Positions 59,827 to 64,000 of a DNA stretch of 64,000 nt are shown one piece after another (within the stretch, counting starts at the first letter, position 1; each line of letters starts with the position of its first letter). The stretch lies in the NCBI GenBank assembly GCA_023920165.1, contig CP089275.1, positions 4,464,001-4,528,000 of the forward strand, in the 5' to 3' direction. The position numbers and the translations under genes were made by a program. Under the pieces are notes generated by a model. The model was not told the origin of the DNA, searched no databases, and saw only the letters and a program-made list of their open reading frames with translations. Origin of the DNA: Curvularia clavata. Its lineage: Eukaryota.

Positions 59827-61269
59827 CTATTGCACGGTTGCACTACCCTCAATGTCTCTGACTGGATCTTCAGGCATCGTGTAAATAGGCACCTTGCGAT
59901 TGGAACCCTCCAATGGATGCTGTAAGCCTTCCACCGAATCATCGGGTTTGCGGGCAAGTGTTGTCAAGGTGCTATTGGCTGCTCCACCTTTTGCTGGTAA
60001 AGAGGTGGGCGTTGATTCGTTGACTTTGTAGGGGCTTTGGGCACCATATGCTGGAACATGTGTACCTGGGGAAGCATGATTCGGCAGGGATTCTCCATGG
60101 GGAGGATTATTACCATTTGCCGTGGTCTCGTCTCGCGACTCTATGCGTTGTTCCTCCACAGGCGTATTCTGCTCCTCGCCGTCTGCTTTTGGTGTGGCAC
60201 GCTTTTGCCGCGCTCGTGCAATCAAGTCTTCAAACTCTGTCTTGTGCGATTTTGCATACCCTTCGCCATCAAAATCTTTTTTCATGATCTTGCTTTCTTT
60301 GTTATTCGCCTTTCCACCCTGTGTTGTTTCCCACTCATCTAGCTCTTTCAGTAGCTGTCTATGACTTCTTCTCATACTCTCATCAGAATCGCAGTTGGAG
60401 TTGTAGATATTCACCCACTCGATGTGTCGCTTCTTCATCAGATCTTTACTACCCCAATTGGGGATTCCAGTCTCTTGCAGCTTCTTCCGCAGTGCAGTCT
60501 CTTTCATCATAGTGTAGTTGAGTTGCGATAATCTTGTCGGTGGAGGTGTAGGCTCTATTTTTCGGGTCTGTAACGCGGGGAAGGCTGGTTTAGTTCTAAC
60601 AGAAACACAGTTAATATCTAGTTACACAAGGCTACATCTTGGCTATACATACTTTGACCTAGTATTGCGTCCCTGTGACGCATCTGACCCAGTGCATGTG
60701 TCCAGATGATTGTAGACCAGCTCTTCCTTCATTGCTCGGTTGCAAACCGGACATTTGACCATGCCACCTGGTACAAAATCGTCGTCTTCATCGTCTTCGC
60801 TGTCGGCGACTTCATCGGGCGATTCTGTTCTGCCAGCATTGCGCTGACTTTTGCTTCGAGTTTTTCGTGATCGCGTGTGCCGGACATTTTCGTTCTCTTC
60901 CATGTCCGTGTCGTCTATTTTCCTCTTCTTTTTACTACCTGCCTGTGCTTCCTCTTCTTTGCGTGCGCGCGCCAATTCTAGCGCTTTCGGCCTCGCCTCT
61001 TGGAACCGCATCACTACTTCTCTGACAGCAATATTTGGGATCAATCTGTCGCCTGAACACCCTGTCTTGCAGCTCGGACATTTCCCATCTGATGTGATAC
61101 ATCTTCGTATACATATAGAGCAAAACGTGTGGTAGCAGGACGTGATGACAGGGTTGTTGTAGAACTCCTTGCAGACCTCACAGCGCAAGGCAGCTTCGAG
61201 CGGTTCGAAAGCGGGTAAGGATGTTTCGATCCAATCGGTGGAGTCCGGGAGGTCAAAGGAAGAGTCCAT
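59827..61269 (-). CDS. RAD18: Post-replication repair E3 ubiquitin ligase Rad18, ~461 aa
   Basis: Exons 61269-60653 and 60595-59827. DLPDSTDW, RING CEVCKEFY..CYHTFCSICIRRC..CPSC, UBZ CPVC..HLDTC, SAP-like LRKKLQETGIP..RHIEWVNIYNSNCD. Confidence 0.95.
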
Positions 61270-61340
61270 GGGTCTATTACGAACAGGGAGTATTGGGGGT
61301 GAGCGAATGTTGACAGGCAGATTCGTCAGCCTGGCGTCCG

Positions 61341-61375
61341 ACGCGACTTCAGTCGCGTATGCGCCATCACGTGAC
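61341..61375. promoter_or_regulatory. RAD18 promoter: palindromic MCB-like pair ACGCGACT-tc-AGTCGCGT (61341-61358) and TCACGTGAC (61367-61375)
   Basis: Exact 8-bp inverted repeat plus an E-box, 70-105 bp upstream of the ATG. Confidence 0.55.
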
Positions 61376-61932
61376 GACGCTTGGGAACCAGCCATGTCGT
61401 CATTGATCCATGCCTGGAGGGATTCGGTTCTTAAATTTTGAGGTTTGGTGGTTTTATGTCTTTTCAGCATGCTTGTTAGTTTATTGCTTCAAGGAAGGCT
61501 TCTGCTACAAGTTGAGTTGAATGGTGAAGTAAGAGGGAAGAAGCAGTGTCAGTGGCAGTACAGGCTCATCATTGTGAGACCAAGACTAGCCTTGAGACTC
61601 CCTTTCACTCTGCAATTCGGCGACAAATTCCAGTTTGCATCTTTTTTTTTGGTTATTTCTACTTTATCCTCATAAATCCCCAGTGTGTCCTTCGTGTCGA
61701 GATGCGGTCATTAGCAGCCAGTGAGCCTAACTCCTCTTCTCCTAGCTCCCCACCCCTAATCTATTCGCAAGACTGACTATACAACTGGAATCTAAAAGCG
61801 AGGATGATTCTTTGTCACTATAAACTAGATGCGAGGTTCCCACCAAATACATTGAGGGCACTACGGCTGCTTACCGGCTAAGCCCTGGGGCTCTTCGTGA
61901 TTCCACATATGAATCTGACAAGCTCGCTCTTT

Positions 61933-63855
61933 TCAGACCTTGAACACAGTGCTCTTGCTCTTGATCCCATCGAAAACACAAGTGTTGTCGACTGGGATAT
62001 ATTGCTCGGTGATGACTTTGATGACTTCCTGCGAGACTATACCGCCTGCCAAAGCGCCAATATTGTGTAGTTCAGCGCCGCCAGCTCGTGCACTATTTAA
62101 CAATTAGCTTGTTGTCTCGTAAATCTGCCCGATGGCTTTGAAGAAAAGCGCTCTGGCGGTAGACTGGGGCACTTACAGCTCACTTGCGTACTCTCTGACC
62201 TGTGACTTGATCGCGTTATACTCTTCTTCCTCAAGTGAAGCGTTGGCTTCCTTGATCAGGTCATCTGTGATCTTGAGAGCAATTCCAGTAAGCTTCTCCG
62301 CATCTGCGTCTGGATTGTTTTCTCCAGCAACTTGAGGTGCTCCTCCAAGGCCATCCTTGTCATGCGTCGCAGCAAACTCGTCCCAGGCGAGGAATGCAAT
62401 GTAGAGTGGAATTTGCGAGTCGGGGAAGGTGAGCGTTTGAGCTGCAAGCTGTCAGCTCGCATTTCTAGTTATCTTGTCTGTAGACTTACCAATTGACTTG
62501 GCGCGGTCACCCCATTTGATCTTCTCTCCCGTCTGCACGACATGAAAAGGTCGACCGCGCACCAACTTGATGTGTGCGGCGTTTTTGCAAAATGTTTCAA
62601 TATCCTTCTCGTCAATAGCTGTGCTGCGGTTGGCATTTCGCTCCAGGAAGCGTACACTCTCGACCACCTCTGCTAGATCTCGTCGTGCCTTGGATTTGTA
62701 AACATTTTGTAGTTGAATATAGTCTGCTGAGCGGGCCTTCATGTCCGGTACAGAGCCAGGGACTGGGAGAACGTTGTATTTTGTATAAAATAAGCCAATG
62801 GCGTTTGCAATGACCCAGAAGCTTGGCGAGTCTTCGCGGATCAAGAGACACTCTGGCGCTGTGAAAATCTCCTTCACGGCGCTGCTCGCTTGGGGCGGAT
62901 TGAGTGACTTCAGCACAGCTGCTACTGCTTCATCAAAGTTCTCTTCACCACCTTCTGGATTGTTTGTACGCGCAGCTTGCGAAACGGAGGTCCTGAACTC
63001 CGTCTTTTCTTTGTATGTCTGTGGTACTTCTCCCCCATGTCCCTTCTTCCATTTTTCCAGGAAATGTAGCAGCAATGCTATCCATGGCACGTGTCCATGG
63101 TCTTCCTCCTTCATGTTTTCAAGATCGGCCGTCTTTTCCTCTGCATATTGAACTAGCTCGGGCCATGGTTGCAGCAGTCGCAGGTCTGATGTGGTTTCGG
63201 GGCTGGGGTGTGTATCTACGATGGGGAATGCGGGGGGTAGGTGGACGGAGAAGTGGGCGTAGAAGCCGACCGAGTGGATGTAGAACAACGGAACTAGTGC
63301 AGCATCTGTATGGCTCCGTAGCTTGGTGAGGATATCGGGGCGAATAGGTGCGGTCGCAATGATCAAGGTATATGGACGCAGGGCATCAGGCTGCGATAAC
63401 CACGACTCGATAGGCTGGGCCGATTAGCTAGAGACGGAGAGTGAGCAACTGGTGGCCGTACCTCTGTGATGAAGTGGCCACGCACGTCGGGATTTAGCTC
63501 TTTGAGCAGATTGCATGTGTGCTCTGCACGGAAGCCTCCCAGGTGGCTGTCTTCTAAAAAGAAGTTGACACCCAGGTCTGCTTCACTGACCACGGCCGAA
63601 TCTTGAATCGTGAAGTCGCCAATACATGGTAGGACGAGGTTCTTGAGTGTTTCGACGCCAACAACACCCGGCCCTGAGTTGATGAGCAGAATGTGTGAGG
63701 CCTCTAGTGCAGCCTGGCCTGTAGCTCCCCAGAGGCGTAGTTGACGATCGTACCTGGTACTGTTAGTAGGCGGTGGTGCAATGGAACAGTAAAGAGAGGA
63801 TGCACTTTTTCTCTTTAGCCGTTGGGCCCTGGACGGGAGGCGGAAGGTCTGCCAT
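61933..63855 (-). CDS. ULA1: NEDD8-activating enzyme E1 regulatory subunit (Ula1/APP-BP1), ~563 aa
   Basis: Exons 63855-63806, 63753-63462, 63414-62490, 62441-62177, 62092-61933. [71 protein letters not shown]. Confidence 0.94.
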
Positions 63856-64000
63856 TCTGGTGGCCTTTCTTTACTTTTGGGGAGGTAGCGGATGGGAAGA
63901 ATGGCAAAGCGTGTTTGTCACGGCCGTGGGAGCTTGGTATCAGGCACCGGGACGCGCTCGAGCTGTCGGCGTGCGCTAGGCCTCATCCCTGCCGCGGGGT

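Noticed and set aside
61270..61470. Upstream in-frame extension of RAD18
   Set aside because: Covers the promoter motifs; Rad18 similarity starts at MDSSFDLPDSTDW.
1..63855. A physically selected genome-maintenance gene cluster (MLH1, H4 variant, MZT1, SCC2, RAD18, ULA1)
   Set aside because: The genes are spread over 64 kb among unrelated ones. Without a synteny or enrichment test, chance co-location cannot be excluded, so only the shared promoter motifs are reported.
1..64000. CRISPR array, tRNA/rRNA, intact transposon or secondary-metabolite cluster
   Set aside because: No repeat-spacer array, cloverleaf, rRNA-like block, LTR/TIR pair, transposase/RT, or PKS/NRPS motif was seen by eye. 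Dedicated scans were not run.

Overview
Eukaryotic DNA from a filamentous ascomycete (Pezizomycotina, probably a Dothideomycete/Pleosporales; inferred from short GT-AG introns with CTRAC branch points and from gene content). I rebuilt 23 protein-coding genes by hand-splicing. In order: MLH1 (truncated at the left edge), an F-box-like hypothetical, a divergent histone H4 variant, SVF1, HRK1-type kinase, a GNAT, MZT1, a small hydrophilic protein, CCDC25/NFACT-R, a DUF1763/LYR-like protein, a DUF2293 protein, a GH2 glycosidase, SNG1, a hypothetical, DOHH/LIA1, RPA12, SCC2/NIPBL, the xylanolytic regulator XlnR, an aldehyde dehydrogenase, PAN6, DBP7, another hypothetical, RAD18 and ULA1/APP-BP1. 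I saw no tRNA, rRNA, CRISPR array or intact transposon. Best leads: (1) a five-exon H4 variant with a ~70-aa lysine-free Gly/Arg-rich extension and a remodelled H2B-facing surface, which the ORF track shows only as fragments; (2) an MCB + TCACGTG promoter signature shared by that variant and MLH1, MZT1 and RAD18; (3) a probable spliced, ORF-poor transcript at ~10-12.3 kb whose last intron has the geometry of a spliceosomal-cleavage substrate; (4) a splicing-dependent uORF that overlaps the HRK1 start codon; (5) a sense-strand GATACCC motif recurring in six 3' UTRs. All gene models are manual and no searches were run.
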